Source: Candidatus Firestoneibacteriota bacterium
Lineage (GTDB): Bacteria; Oederibacteriota; D2-FULL-39-29; CAIOVX01
DNA: 64,000 nt
Reading direction: 5' to 3'
Assembly (NCBI GenBank): GCA_903861835.1
Contig: CAIOVX010000060.1
Span: forward strand, 100,504-164,503
Part shown: piece after piece, positions 8,773-16,695 of the stretch
How positions within the stretch are numbered: position 1 is the stretch's first letter
How the letters are laid out: the number at the start of each line of letters is the position of its first letter
Translations under genes and position numbers: made by a program
The notes under the pieces: model-generated
What the model saw: the letters and a program-made list of their open reading frames with translations, nothing else
Database searches by the model: none
What the model was told of the DNA's origin: nothing

Positions 8773-10043
8773 ACTTCAGTACCCTCTCCGGTCACAAAGT
8801 GTTTCCTGAAATCCGTAGGAAGCAGCAGGAAACCGAAATCATCAGTCAGCAATTCTTTCTTCAGCGCCAATACATCCAGTTTTTCCTTTATCAAAAGGCC
8901 GTAGATGCCTGCGCGCTCTATACAGTTGACGAGTATCACGCCCACCAGCCTGTTATCCTTTACGACTATTTTCTTGTACTTTCCTTCACCGCTCTTTTTA
9001 ACAACCTCATAGCCGTCCTCTTTGGGGTTGGTTATCCCGAACGAGATTGAAGGCACTCCGAGTATTTCCACAGAGTTCATCGCGAAGCTTCCGCCAAACA
9101 CATCCTTCGCTCCGGACATATTATGCCCGGCCACTTTTCCCTGCTTAGCGGCGGTCGGCCAGATCGCGATAACCGCGCCCTTTCCGGAGAGGAATTCCAG
9201 CCCTTCGGCGCAGTCTCCCGCGGAAAAAACACCCGGCACATTCGTTTCCATCCTGGCGTCAACGACAATGCCTCGGTTTACCGCTATCGGCGTGCCTTTG
9301 GCGAGAGAAACCTCCGGGCGCACGCCCACAGCCATAATCAGCAGTTTCGCTTTCAGCTTCTTTCCGTTGCTTAGGACCAGCTCTTCTATTTTGCCGGCCT
9401 TTGAAACTACCTTCTTTATGGTGGTCTCTTTAAGAAACTCGCAGCCGTTCTCTTTCAATTTTTCTTCAATGATGGCTGAAGCTTCTCTGTCGAACGTATT
9501 GGCAAGCAGACGGTCGGCGATATCAAGAATCTTGAACTTCATCTTCTTGCCGAGCAGGGCTTCGGCGGCCTTCATACCGATAAGCCCGCCGCCGAGAATC
9601 ACGGCTTCTTTTACCTTGTTCTTCTCTATGTATTTTTCTATCTCTTTCGCATCGGCTAATTTTGTAAATGTGAACACTCCCGAAAGATTATCTTTCAGAC
9701 CGTCTACAGGAATCTTTATCGGTGTTCCGCCCGAGCAGATAAGCAGCCGGTCATAGGGCAGTTTCTTTTTGTTATTGATTTCGACATGGCGGCTTTTCGT
9801 CTCTATCTTCACCGCTTCGGTGTTATAAAGCACTTTCACGCCCATATCTTTCTCGAAATCCGTCGAGGTAAAACCGATCTTATCCTTGCTAAGCTTGCCC
9901 GCAAGGTAGTACGAGATCAGGGGGCGCGAGTAGAGCCGGTCCTCGTTGCTAATGACCGTAATCTCTCCTGTTTTGTCCGATTCCCTTATGGCGGTTATGG
10001 CGTTTACAGCAGCCACGGAATAACCCACTATCACATATTTCAT
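8769..10043 (-). CDS. FAD/NAD(P)-dependent oxidoreductase, NADH:ferredoxin (rubredoxin/putidaredoxin) reductase-like
   Basis: N-terminal VIVGYSVAAVNA dinucleotide fold, LYSRPLISYYL motif, a second GGGLIGMKAA fold, and no redox-active Cys42. GGGAGA SD present. Confidence 0.7.
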   Translation of the reverse strand: MKYVIVGYSVAAVNAITAIRESDKTGEITVISNEDRLYSRPLISYYLAGKLSKDKIGFTSTDFEKDMGVKVLYNTEAVKIETKSRHVEINNKKKLPYDRLLICSGGTPIKIPVDGLKDNLSGVFTFTKLADAKEIEKYIEKNKVKEAVILGGGLIGMKAAEALLGKKMKFKILDIADRLLANTFDREASAIIEEKLKENGCEFLKETTIKKVVSKAGKIEELVLSNGKKLKAKLLIMAVGVRPEVSLAKGTPIAVNRGIVVDARMETNVPGVFSAGDCAEGLEFLSGKGAVIAIWPTAAKQGKVAGHNMSGAKDVFGGSFAMNSVEILGVPSISFGITNPKEDGYEVVKKSGEGKYKKIVVKDNRLVGVILVNCIERAGIYGLLIKEKLDVLALKKELLTDDFGFLLLPTDFRKHFVTGEGTEV

Positions 10044-10065
10044 AAGCTTCTCCCGTTAACAGTTC

Positions 10066-10506
10066 TTACTTTTTCATTTTTATTGCTTCGTTGGGGCAGT
10101 GCTCCACGCAGGCCGGTGTTTCGCGGTCTCCGCAAAGGTCGCATTTTGAAGCCACTCTCTTATTCTTCAAGTCCGGCTTAATGACTCCAAAAGGACAAAC
10201 CATTATACACATCCAGCAGCCGACGCATTTATCCTTGTCGTGAAGGACCGTTGCTTCCTTGTCCTTGTACATAGCCGAGGTAAGACAGGCCTCGATGCAA
10301 GGCGCGTCGTGACAGTGCCTGCACTGCAGGGCGAAGGTGGTATAACCGCATTTTTCGAAAGCAATGCAGGAATCCGTAAGCGGCTTGAAACCTTCGGACT
10401 TGAAGGTCTTGATTATGTCCTTGGATTTCGAGTGCGCGGTAACGCAGTGCACTTCACAGAGCCTGCACCCTAGACAGTATTCTTCATTTATCACTATTCT
10501 TTTCAT
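10066..10506 (-). CDS. Polyferredoxin with several 4Fe-4S clusters
   Basis: Several CxxCxxCxxxCP motifs. Upstream is a GGGGGAAAGAGG SD. Confidence 0.8.
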   Translation of the reverse strand: MKRIVINEEYCLGCRLCEVHCVTAHSKSKDIIKTFKSEGFKPLTDSCIAFEKCGYTTFALQCRHCHDAPCIEACLTSAMYKDKEATVLHDKDKCVGCWMCIMVCPFGVIKPDLKNKRVASKCDLCGDRETPACVEHCPNEAIKMKK

Positions 10507-10555
10507 ATTCGCCTCTTTCCCCCTGGTTTTCAGTGCCTTCCCGCTAAAAACTCTC

Positions 10556-10694
10556 TTCTTTGATGCTTGGACGGTTGGATGTTTAGATGATTAGACGTTG
10601 GAATAAAACATCTTTCCATCCGGATCCTTTTGAGGTAGAGGTTTTGACCTTGCTTTTAAGCATCCAACCCTCTAACCTTCCAACCATCCAACAA
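10556..10694. repeat. Family A interspersed intergenic element, full copy R2
   Basis: Homologous to 1299..1431 in the same orientation. It starts 1-2 nt after the gltB2 stop and ends about 50 nt before the ferredoxin ATG. Confidence 0.75.
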
Positions 10695-12188
10695 CTACCA
10701 GGCTTCGCCTGCGTGCTTAATATCCAAAAGCCTGAGCTCAAGCTCGGTAAGGTCCACACCGCGAAGCTGCGCGCGGTTGCCGCGGAGAGATTCAAGCGCG
10801 TTTATACCCATTCCGCCGAGCATTTCTTTTATTTCAAGAGACCACGCCCGAAGAAGATTAAAAGCCCTCGTAGCGCCCACATCCGGATTCAACCTCTTCT
10901 TCAGGTTTGGATCCTGGGTCGCGATACCCCAGTTACATTTTCCCGTGTAGCATTTCTGGCAGAGATGACAGCCGAGGGAAATAAGCGCCGAGCTTCCAAT
11001 GTAGCACGCGTCAGCTCCCAGCGCTATCGCCTTAATAATGTCTCCGGAATTTCTGAAACCGCCGGCGGCGATGACTGAAGCCCTCTGGCGTATTCCTTCT
11101 TCCCGAAGCCTCGTGTCAACCGAAGCAAGCGCGAGCTCTATCGGAATACCTACATTATCCCTAATCACAGTCGGAGCGGCTCCGGTGCCGCCTCTGATAC
11201 CGTCTATCACAACAAAATCCGCTCCTGCCCTTACAAGACCTGAAGCTATAGGGGCAATATTATGAACGGCGGCAATTTTCACGCCCACCGGTTTTGAATA
11301 TCTGGTTGCTTCTTTAAGCGCAAAGATCAGCTGTTTCAAATCTTCGATTGAGTAAATATCATGGTGGGGCGCAGGTGAAATGGCGTCCGACCCGACAGGA
11401 ATCAATCTGGTTCTGGAAACTTCCTCATCAACTTTTTCTCCCGGAAGATGCCCGCCGATGCCGGGTTTCGCGCCCTGCCCGACCTTTATCTCAATGGCCG
11501 CCGCAGAATTCAGGTATTCGGTGTCTACTCCGAACCTGCCTGAAGCTACCTGAACGATCACATTCTTGGCGTAGGGTTTTAGGTCACGGTGCAAACCGCC
11601 CTCGCCGGTATTCCAGTAGGTGCCGTATTCCGTCGCCGCTTTCGCGAGCGATTTCTGGGCATTCAAGGATATCGACCCGTAGCTCATCGCGGAAAACATT
11701 ATCGGGGTTGTAAGTTTTAACTGGGTGGAAATCTTCTGCTTGGGTTCGAACTTATCGGGTTTGCTGCCTATGAAGGTTGTGAGTTCCATCGGCTCGCGGA
11801 GCGGGTCAATGGAAGGATTTGTGACCTGTGAAGCGTTAAGCAATATATGATCGAAATATTCTTTGTATTCCTTATCGCTTCCCATACCGGTAAGGAGTAT
11901 TCCGCCGGTTTCGGCCTGTTTTATAATGCCGTAAACATCCCCCGCCTTCCAGTGGGCATTCTCCTTTATCTCCGGAGCGCTCTGCACTATGGTAATAGCC
12001 GAGGTCGGGCAGATATCCTCGCAGAAATGGCAGCCGACGCAATTCCCGTCGCAGGAAGAGAGGGTATTGCTCTCCTCGTCATAAAGATGCGCGTCGTTGC
12101 TGCACATGCGGACACAGGCCTGGCACTTTATGCACTTATCCGGGTCCCTGTTTATTTTGAAATTTCCCCTGAATTTAGACTTTGCCAT
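10695..12188 (-). CDS. Glutamate synthase FMN-binding subunit with an N-terminal 2x[4Fe-4S] ferredoxin domain, archaeal-type GltB2
   Basis: CIKCQACVRMC...CVGCHFCEDICP, then the GOGAT FMN/TIM-barrel region including GGTGAAP. Confidence 0.85.
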   Translation of the reverse strand: MAKSKFRGNFKINRDPDKCIKCQACVRMCSNDAHLYDEESNTLSSCDGNCVGCHFCEDICPTSAITIVQSAPEIKENAHWKAGDVYGIIKQAETGGILLTGMGSDKEYKEYFDHILLNASQVTNPSIDPLREPMELTTFIGSKPDKFEPKQKISTQLKLTTPIMFSAMSYGSISLNAQKSLAKAATEYGTYWNTGEGGLHRDLKPYAKNVIVQVASGRFGVDTEYLNSAAAIEIKVGQGAKPGIGGHLPGEKVDEEVSRTRLIPVGSDAISPAPHHDIYSIEDLKQLIFALKEATRYSKPVGVKIAAVHNIAPIASGLVRAGADFVVIDGIRGGTGAAPTVIRDNVGIPIELALASVDTRLREEGIRQRASVIAAGGFRNSGDIIKAIALGADACYIGSSALISLGCHLCQKCYTGKCNWGIATQDPNLKKRLNPDVGATRAFNLLRAWSLEIKEMLGGMGINALESLRGNRAQLRGVDLTELELRLLDIKHAGEAW

Positions 12189-12215
12189 TTTAATCCTCTT
12201 TTCCGCAATTAGCGT

Positions 12216-12252
12216 CTTTTACTTTATAAACCTTATGAACTTTATAAACTTT
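12216..12252 (-). promoter_or_regulatory. Family C motif AAAGTTTATAAAGTTCATAAGGTTTATAAAGTAAAAG
   Basis: Overlaps the gltB1 stop codon and ends about 30 nt before the gltB2 ATG. Homologous copies lie at 36421..36454, 20155..20200 and 20307..20350. Confidence 0.4.
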
Positions 12253-13360
12253 TTGTTTTTGTAAACACCCCTATCACCGGCTTCCCCGCGTCAGGCATCC
12301 AGATGCGGTCAAGCACGGGGCTGACCGTGCGGATGGAGGCTTCTTCCGAAGCAATAAATAATTTCGACCCCTTCTCCCCGCAGACCAGAGGCCTAAGTTT
12401 GGTCCTGTCGTTTAAGCCAAGCATCATATTGCCGTCTGAAACTATTATCGCGAACGGCCCGTTCAAGAGCGCCGGCGCATAGATCATACGCATTCTGGTG
12501 TGCAGCTCCTTTTCTTCCGGGCTCATCCGGTCTATCTGAGACCAGAAGGGAGCAGCTATGGCCTTGCAGGCGTACTCATAGGAGAGCCTGTGCTTCCTGA
12601 CCAGCAAGTCAAAAAGATAAGCAATAACTTCCGTGTCGGTAAAGAGCGTGCAATAATATCCGAAGTTCTCAAGATACCTTCTGTTTATACCGTAGGAGGA
12701 AATCTCTCCGTTGTGCACCACGGTCCAGTTTAGCAGACCGAAGGGATGCGCCCCGCCCCACCACGCCACGGAGTTGGTAGGAAACCTGTTATGCGCAGTC
12801 CAGATATTGGCCTTGTAATCCGGTATCTTGAAAAATTCCGCTATTTCATCGGGGTTGCCGACGCCCTTAAACGCGCCCATATTCTTGCCGGAGGAGAAGA
12901 TAAAAGCTTCTTTTACCGTGCGGTTGAGCTCAAAAGCTTTTTCAGCGGTGTATTCGTCTTCAATTTCTTTCTTTGAGAAATCTTCAAGGAAGATGAGTTT
13001 CTCTTCTTTAGGCTTAAGGAAATACCTCTTCAGTATCGGAGGAGTTTTAAGGGTCTTTACAAACTTGGTCGGTATAGGTTCCGCGAGCCGGATATCAAAG
13101 TTCTTCTTCAGGAAAGCTTCCGATTCTTCAACAGCCGCTTCTCTGCCGAACATCATATGGAAACAATAGTAGTCCGCATGCTCGGGATAGATACCGTAAG
13201 CCGCGTAGCCGGAACCGAGACCGTTACCCCTCTCCATCATATTGCAGATAGAAGCAACGATATCCCCGCCGGAAAACACCGCGCCGCTTCTATCCATAAT
13301 ACCGGTTACGCCGCAGCCAGAAGGTATCTTATGAAGCCTGTCATCTAAAGGTCTTAACAT
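12242..13360 (-). CDS. Class II (Ntn) glutamine amidotransferase subunit, archaeal-type GltB1
   Basis: GATase-II features include an N-terminal propeptide before CGVTGI. ATG at 13360 with AGGAGA SD. The ORF track extends to TTG 13381. Confidence 0.8.
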   Translation of the reverse strand: MLRPLDDRLHKIPSGCGVTGIMDRSGAVFSGGDIVASICNMMERGNGLGSGYAAYGIYPEHADYYCFHMMFGREAAVEESEAFLKKNFDIRLAEPIPTKFVKTLKTPPILKRYFLKPKEEKLIFLEDFSKKEIEDEYTAEKAFELNRTVKEAFIFSSGKNMGAFKGVGNPDEIAEFFKIPDYKANIWTAHNRFPTNSVAWWGGAHPFGLLNWTVVHNGEISSYGINRRYLENFGYYCTLFTDTEVIAYLFDLLVRKHRLSYEYACKAIAAPFWSQIDRMSPEEKELHTRMRMIYAPALLNGPFAIIVSDGNMMLGLNDRTKLRPLVCGEKGSKLFIASEEASIRTVSPVLDRIWMPDAGKPVIGVFTKTKSL

Positions 13361-13386
13361 CTTGTTCTCCTGTCTTCCCAAAAAAA

Positions 13387-13419
13387 ATGTCCGCCGCGGC
13401 TTTTAACCGCGGCGGACAT
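13387..13419 (-). terminator. Perfect 13-bp GC-rich hairpin followed by U8, in the GOGAT leader
   Basis: ATGTCCGCCGCGG, loop TTAAAAG, CCGCGGCGGACAT, then TTTTTTTT on the minus strand. It lies between promoter 13448..13476 and the gltB1 SD. Confidence 0.55.
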
Positions 13420-13447
13420 CATTGTCTGCCACATCACTGTTTCAAAA

Positions 13448-13476
13448 TTATATATCAGCGCCAACCGCTTGTCAAG
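13448..13476 (-). promoter_or_regulatory. Perfect-consensus sigma70 promoter TTGACA-17-TATAAT on the minus strand
   Basis: TTGACA is the reverse complement of 13471..13476. TATAAT is the reverse complement of 13448..13453. Predicted TSS near 13441. Confidence 0.6.
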
Positions 13477-13579
13477 CGCTCTTTTCGGAAAAAAGGCCTG
13501 TTTCCGGCTCCCGAGAGGCTATTCCTCCGGAAAAATATGTTTTTATGCAAAAGAAAGGCGGCCGGAGAATACTCCCGGC

Positions 13580-15352
13580 TTACGGCCGCTTGACACCGTG
13601 CTCCGCAAGCTTCTCTGCCGCAGGTCCAAAGGTTTTCTCAAACTCCAGCGCCTTTAAATAAGATGCAACCGCCTCATCCTTTCGGCCGAGCTTGTCCAGT
13701 ATTAAACCCATATTGTAGCGCGCATCAGCGTAATAAGAATTCAACGCTATCTCTTTTTCAAATTCAAGCCTGGCCTCTTCATATTCTCCGCGGGTATAGT
13801 AAATATTACCTTTATAAAAATGGGTGCGCAGATCCCTCGTGTAATCAAGACCGTCGCTAAGCCGCAAAGACCTGTCAAAATACGCGAGCGCCTCAGGGTA
13901 CCTGCTCCGGTCATACAAGAGTATGCCGTAACCGGTTTCCAGGTTAGAGACAAAATATAGCGCCGCGACGGCAACCGTCAGCAGAAGAACGAAAACGGAG
14001 CCGGTAAGAAATACTATCCCGTAAAACCTGTTCTTTATTCCGGAAACAACGCCCTGCCCTGATAACAACACTCCGCAGTAAACGCAGAAGGTTCCGAAAA
14101 GCGGGGCCAACTTCATGGGAAAATTAAAGAAAGCATGTACGGCGTAACCCGCGACGGCGGCGAGCAGGCCAAAATACAATATTCTTTCCGTGCCGCTTTT
14201 TTCTTTTGCCGCGGAGAACCCGAACGCCAGGGAAAAACCTATTATCAGGAGGAAGATAAATACGCCGAAGATCCCGAGCTCAGCCCAGATTTGTATATAA
14301 TCGTTGTGCGCGTCCTTCGTCATCTGGTAGGGATAATCCGTGTAACCGGGAGAGTTGAGCACGCGCCCTTCATATTTGGAAACGTATACTTTATAGGAAG
14401 CCGCGCCGAAACCGGTGAGCGGTCTTTCCTTTATCATCTCAAGCCCGGCCTTCCACATAACGAGGCGCCCGCGCTCCGAGAGTGTTTTGAAACTCCCGGC
14501 GCTCTTTAGCTTGGAAAAAGCTTCTTGCGGGTGCATCACGGCAACCGCCGAGATACCAAGCAAGGAAAGTACCAGCAGGGAAAGGATGAGTTTCTTTCTC
14601 TTTTCCCGAGCATAAGACAAGGTAAGGACGATAAAGAACAGAAATCCCAGCGCCGCCGAGGCCCAGGCATTAGCGGTCTCCGTCTTGACAAGGCAGAGCA
14701 GACCCAGCAGGGTAGCGCTTCCGTAGTAGACGGCCTTTTTGAGCCCGTCAGACCCTATGAAAAGCGCAAAGGCTACCGGCACAGAGAGGACAAGATAACC
14801 TCCGAAGAAATTTGCGTTTCCCATCGTCGAAGAAATTCTGTCTTTAAACTTTAGGAACTCGAGCGAACGTTCCGTAAAGAGGAGGTTCATAGTCAGTTCA
14901 AAGAAATCTATGTGAAAAACCTGCAAGAGGCCGAGCAAAGAAGCGACAATAGTGGCGGCGCAAACAGCGTTCCCGAAACCCGCAAGGTTCTTCTTATCCG
15001 AGGCTGCGCAATGAGCCGCGCCCAGAACAAGCACTCCGTAAAGCATAATATCCAAAGCGTATTTAAGCGAAACTAGTTTGTTGGCAGAATAAATACAGGA
15101 GAGCAGGGAAAGCAGAAAGAACGCTGAAAAAAGCGCGGCCACGGGGACCGACAGCCTAACCTTCTTTAAAACTCCGCGCTTTGCAAGCAGAGCCCCGAGC
15201 AGAGCGCAAGCTGCATATACAAACAGGTTCTTGGGCGCGCTAAAAGCGTCTTTGGCTGCGGGAAAATAGAGCAGAGGCGCAAGGAACAGTATCAGTATGA
15301 TTATCGCTGCCATCAGGCAATTATGGCATTTGGAAAAGCTTATTTTCAACAT
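13580..15352 (-). CDS. O-antigen ligase (Wzy_C) family membrane protein with a C-terminal TPR domain
   Basis: DAHNDYIQIWAELGIFG O-antigen ligase motif, many TM helices, and TPR repeats at the C-terminus. Confidence 0.8.
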   Translation of the reverse strand: MLKISFSKCHNCLMAAIIILILFLAPLLYFPAAKDAFSAPKNLFVYAACALLGALLAKRGVLKKVRLSVPVAALFSAFFLLSLLSCIYSANKLVSLKYALDIMLYGVLVLGAAHCAASDKKNLAGFGNAVCAATIVASLLGLLQVFHIDFFELTMNLLFTERSLEFLKFKDRISSTMGNANFFGGYLVLSVPVAFALFIGSDGLKKAVYYGSATLLGLLCLVKTETANAWASAALGFLFFIVLTLSYAREKRKKLILSLLVLSLLGISAVAVMHPQEAFSKLKSAGSFKTLSERGRLVMWKAGLEMIKERPLTGFGAASYKVYVSKYEGRVLNSPGYTDYPYQMTKDAHNDYIQIWAELGIFGVFIFLLIIGFSLAFGFSAAKEKSGTERILYFGLLAAVAGYAVHAFFNFPMKLAPLFGTFCVYCGVLLSGQGVVSGIKNRFYGIVFLTGSVFVLLLTVAVAALYFVSNLETGYGILLYDRSRYPEALAYFDRSLRLSDGLDYTRDLRTHFYKGNIYYTRGEYEEARLEFEKEIALNSYYADARYNMGLILDKLGRKDEAVASYLKALEFEKTFGPAAEKLAEHGVKRP

Positions 15353-15393
15353 AATACTTGTATTGTAAGGGTATCGGTGATAATATTTTTACG

Positions 15394-16683
15394 ATGAACA
15401 GATTAACTCGTTTCTTTTATCCCGGTGTCAGGCTGAAACGCTGGATATTTCTTTTTATCCTTAGTTTCATCCTCTTTTCAATAGGAATAACCGGCGCGCT
15501 CAGCAAAGGTCTGATCGGTATCGACCTGCCTTACTTTAAGTTAGATAAATATTTGAATCCCCTGAGGGATTTCTTCCTGAAATCCACAAAGCTCGTCACC
15601 ATTGACATAATAGTGGTCGTTCTCGGCGGACTTGGCCTTTACTATGTCATAAAAAGCTTCTCCCGATATCTTAAAGCCCTCTATCCGGGAAAGATAGATC
15701 ATGTAAAAGCGGGAACAGATGAGATACGCTTAAGCCGCGGGCCCAAGCTTGTGGCCATCGGAGGCGGCACGGGACTCTCCACTCTGCTGCGCGGCCTAAA
15801 AATGTACACCAGCAACATAACGGCCGTCGTTACCGTCGCGGATGACGGAGGAAGTTCCGGACGGCTGCGCAAAGATCTTAAGATTCCCCCTCCGGGAGAC
15901 ATAAGAAATTGTATGGTTGCGCTTGCGGACTCTTCAGACCTTATGGGCAAAATCTTTCAGCACAGGTTCAAAGGAAAAAACGATGAACTCAACGGCCACA
16001 GTTTCGGCAATCTTTTCATAGGCGCGCTCACAACCTTGTCGGGAAGTTTTGAGAAGGCAGTCAAGGAATCAGGCAACATCCTCTCCATCCGCGGGCGCGT
16101 GCTTCCGGTCACACTGGAGAAAGTCACGCTCACAGCCCGACTCAAGAACGGAAAATTAATAAAGGGGCAGAGCACCATAACTAAAATCGGCAAACCAATT
16201 AGCAGGGTCAATATCGTTCCGGAAGCTCCCATACCCTCCCCCGAAGCTCTGCAGGCAATAAAAAAGGCGAACCTCGTTATAATGGGGCCGGGAAGTCTTT
16301 ATACCAGCATAATTCCTAACCTGCTTGTGAAAGGCGTCTGGGAAGAGATCCGGAACACCAAAGCCAAGGTTGTCTATGTCTGCAACATAATGACACAGCC
16401 CGGAGAGACCAAGTCTCTCTCCGTTTCAGGACACATAAATGCGATAATCAAGCATACCGGAGAGAACTTTATTGATTATGTCATCATCAACACCGGCGAA
16501 ATACCGGAGAACGTAATAAAGAATTACCGCAAAAAAGGCTCGGAACCGGTCCGGATAGACTACAAAGCAATACACGAACTTGGCATTAAGACGGTTGGAG
16601 ATAACCTTATGCTCCTATCTGACGGACTCGTCAGACACGATCCTGAAAAACTCGCAAAAGCCGTAATGCGGCTATTCGTTTAA
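15394..16683 (+). CDS. YvcK/GlmR (UPF0052, CofD-like) family protein with an N-terminal membrane anchor
   Basis: VAIGGGTGLSTLLRGLK motif. Two predicted TM helices precede the YvcK domain. ATG at 15394. Confidence 0.75.
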   Translation: MNRLTRFFYPGVRLKRWIFLFILSFILFSIGITGALSKGLIGIDLPYFKLDKYLNPLRDFFLKSTKLVTIDIIVVVLGGLGLYYVIKSFSRYLKALYPGKIDHVKAGTDEIRLSRGPKLVAIGGGTGLSTLLRGLKMYTSNITAVVTVADDGGSSGRLRKDLKIPPPGDIRNCMVALADSSDLMGKIFQHRFKGKNDELNGHSFGNLFIGALTTLSGSFEKAVKESGNILSIRGRVLPVTLEKVTLTARLKNGKLIKGQSTITKIGKPISRVNIVPEAPIPSPEALQAIKKANLVIMGPGSLYTSIIPNLLVKGVWEEIRNTKAKVVYVCNIMTQPGETKSLSVSGHINAIIKHTGENFIDYVIINTGEIPENVIKNYRKKGSEPVRIDYKAIHELGIKTVGDNLMLLSDGLVRHDPEKLAKAVMRLFV

Positions 16684-16695
16684 AGGAAGGTTAAA

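Noticed and set aside
10583-10795. 70-aa minus-strand ORF covering family A copy R2. A similar peptide, LEGWxLKSKVKTS, is also readable in copy R1.
   Set aside because: The peptide similarity just reflects nucleotide repeat identity. The frame is interrupted in R1. There is no RBS and it lies inside an intercistronic repeat.
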